A stretch of 63,297 nt of DNA, the filler included, from Chiloscyllium plagiosum (Eukaryota), in NCBI RefSeq assembly GCF_004010195.1. It is 4 parts of one record of this genome, joined end to end, with 100 filler letters (N's around TTAATTAATTAA, not from the genome) between each part and the next. Parts side by side here need not be neighbours in the genome. Positions count along the whole stretch, not along the records: positions 58,974 to 63,297 come from NC_057716.1; 3 more parts are not named here. One strand, given 5' to 3'. The translations under genes and the position numbers were made by a program. This document shows, piece after piece, positions 63,151-63,297 of the stretch; the stretch's first letter is position 1, and every line of letters begins with the position of its first letter. The notes beneath the pieces are model-generated. The model had not been told where the DNA came from, did not search any database, and worked only from the letters and a program-made list of their open reading frames with translations.

Positions 63151-63297
63151 ACATAGAACATAGAACATAGAACAATACAGCACAGAACAGGCCCTTCGGC
63201 CCACGATGTTGTGCCGAACATTTGTCCTAGCTTAAGCACCTATCCAATTGGCACTTAAAGTTCGCCAATGATTCTGACTCTGCCACTCCCACAGGCA
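63151..63297 (-). mobile_element. Young CR1 3' end (runs off window)
   Basis: (catagaa)n tail and 3'UTR matching 31683-31835. Confidence 0.92.

Noticed and set aside
1..63297. CRISPR arrays, prokaryotic operons or viral genes
   Set aside because: No regularly spaced repeat-spacer array and no non-TE coding cluster; the content is eukaryotic repeat DNA

Overview
Non-coding, repeat-dense vertebrate DNA, almost certainly from a cartilaginous fish (shark). The evidence is abundant HE1-type tRNA-derived SINEs, their CR1/HER1-type partner LINEs, SacSINE1-like copies and shark-type Penelope-like elements (PLEs). No host protein-coding exon could be supported. Recognisable content: many CR1 fragments (two with SGNH-esterase ORF1, one still an open 292-codon frame), a second CR1/L2-group LINE family ('LINE-B') whose APE ORF follows a tRNA-like head directly, SINE-like internal-deletion derivatives of LINE-B, a Rex1/Babar LINE, a Tx1/L1 remnant, Neptune- and Poseidon-type PLE fragments, a decayed Gmr1-type Gypsy internal region, a solo LTR and MITEs. 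Three 100-nt N gaps carry the artificial spacer TTAATTAATTAA, so adjacency across them is not reliable. The most notable signals are: (i) a set of short, TSD-flanked, fold-back PLE-derived insertions whose inversion point sits at a minimal hammerhead ribozyme; (ii) the tRNA-headed LINE plus its bipartite SINE; (iii) several locally templated insertion scars typical of polymerase-theta end joining. All family assignments come from motif recognition by eye, not database searches, and boundaries of old copies are approximate.
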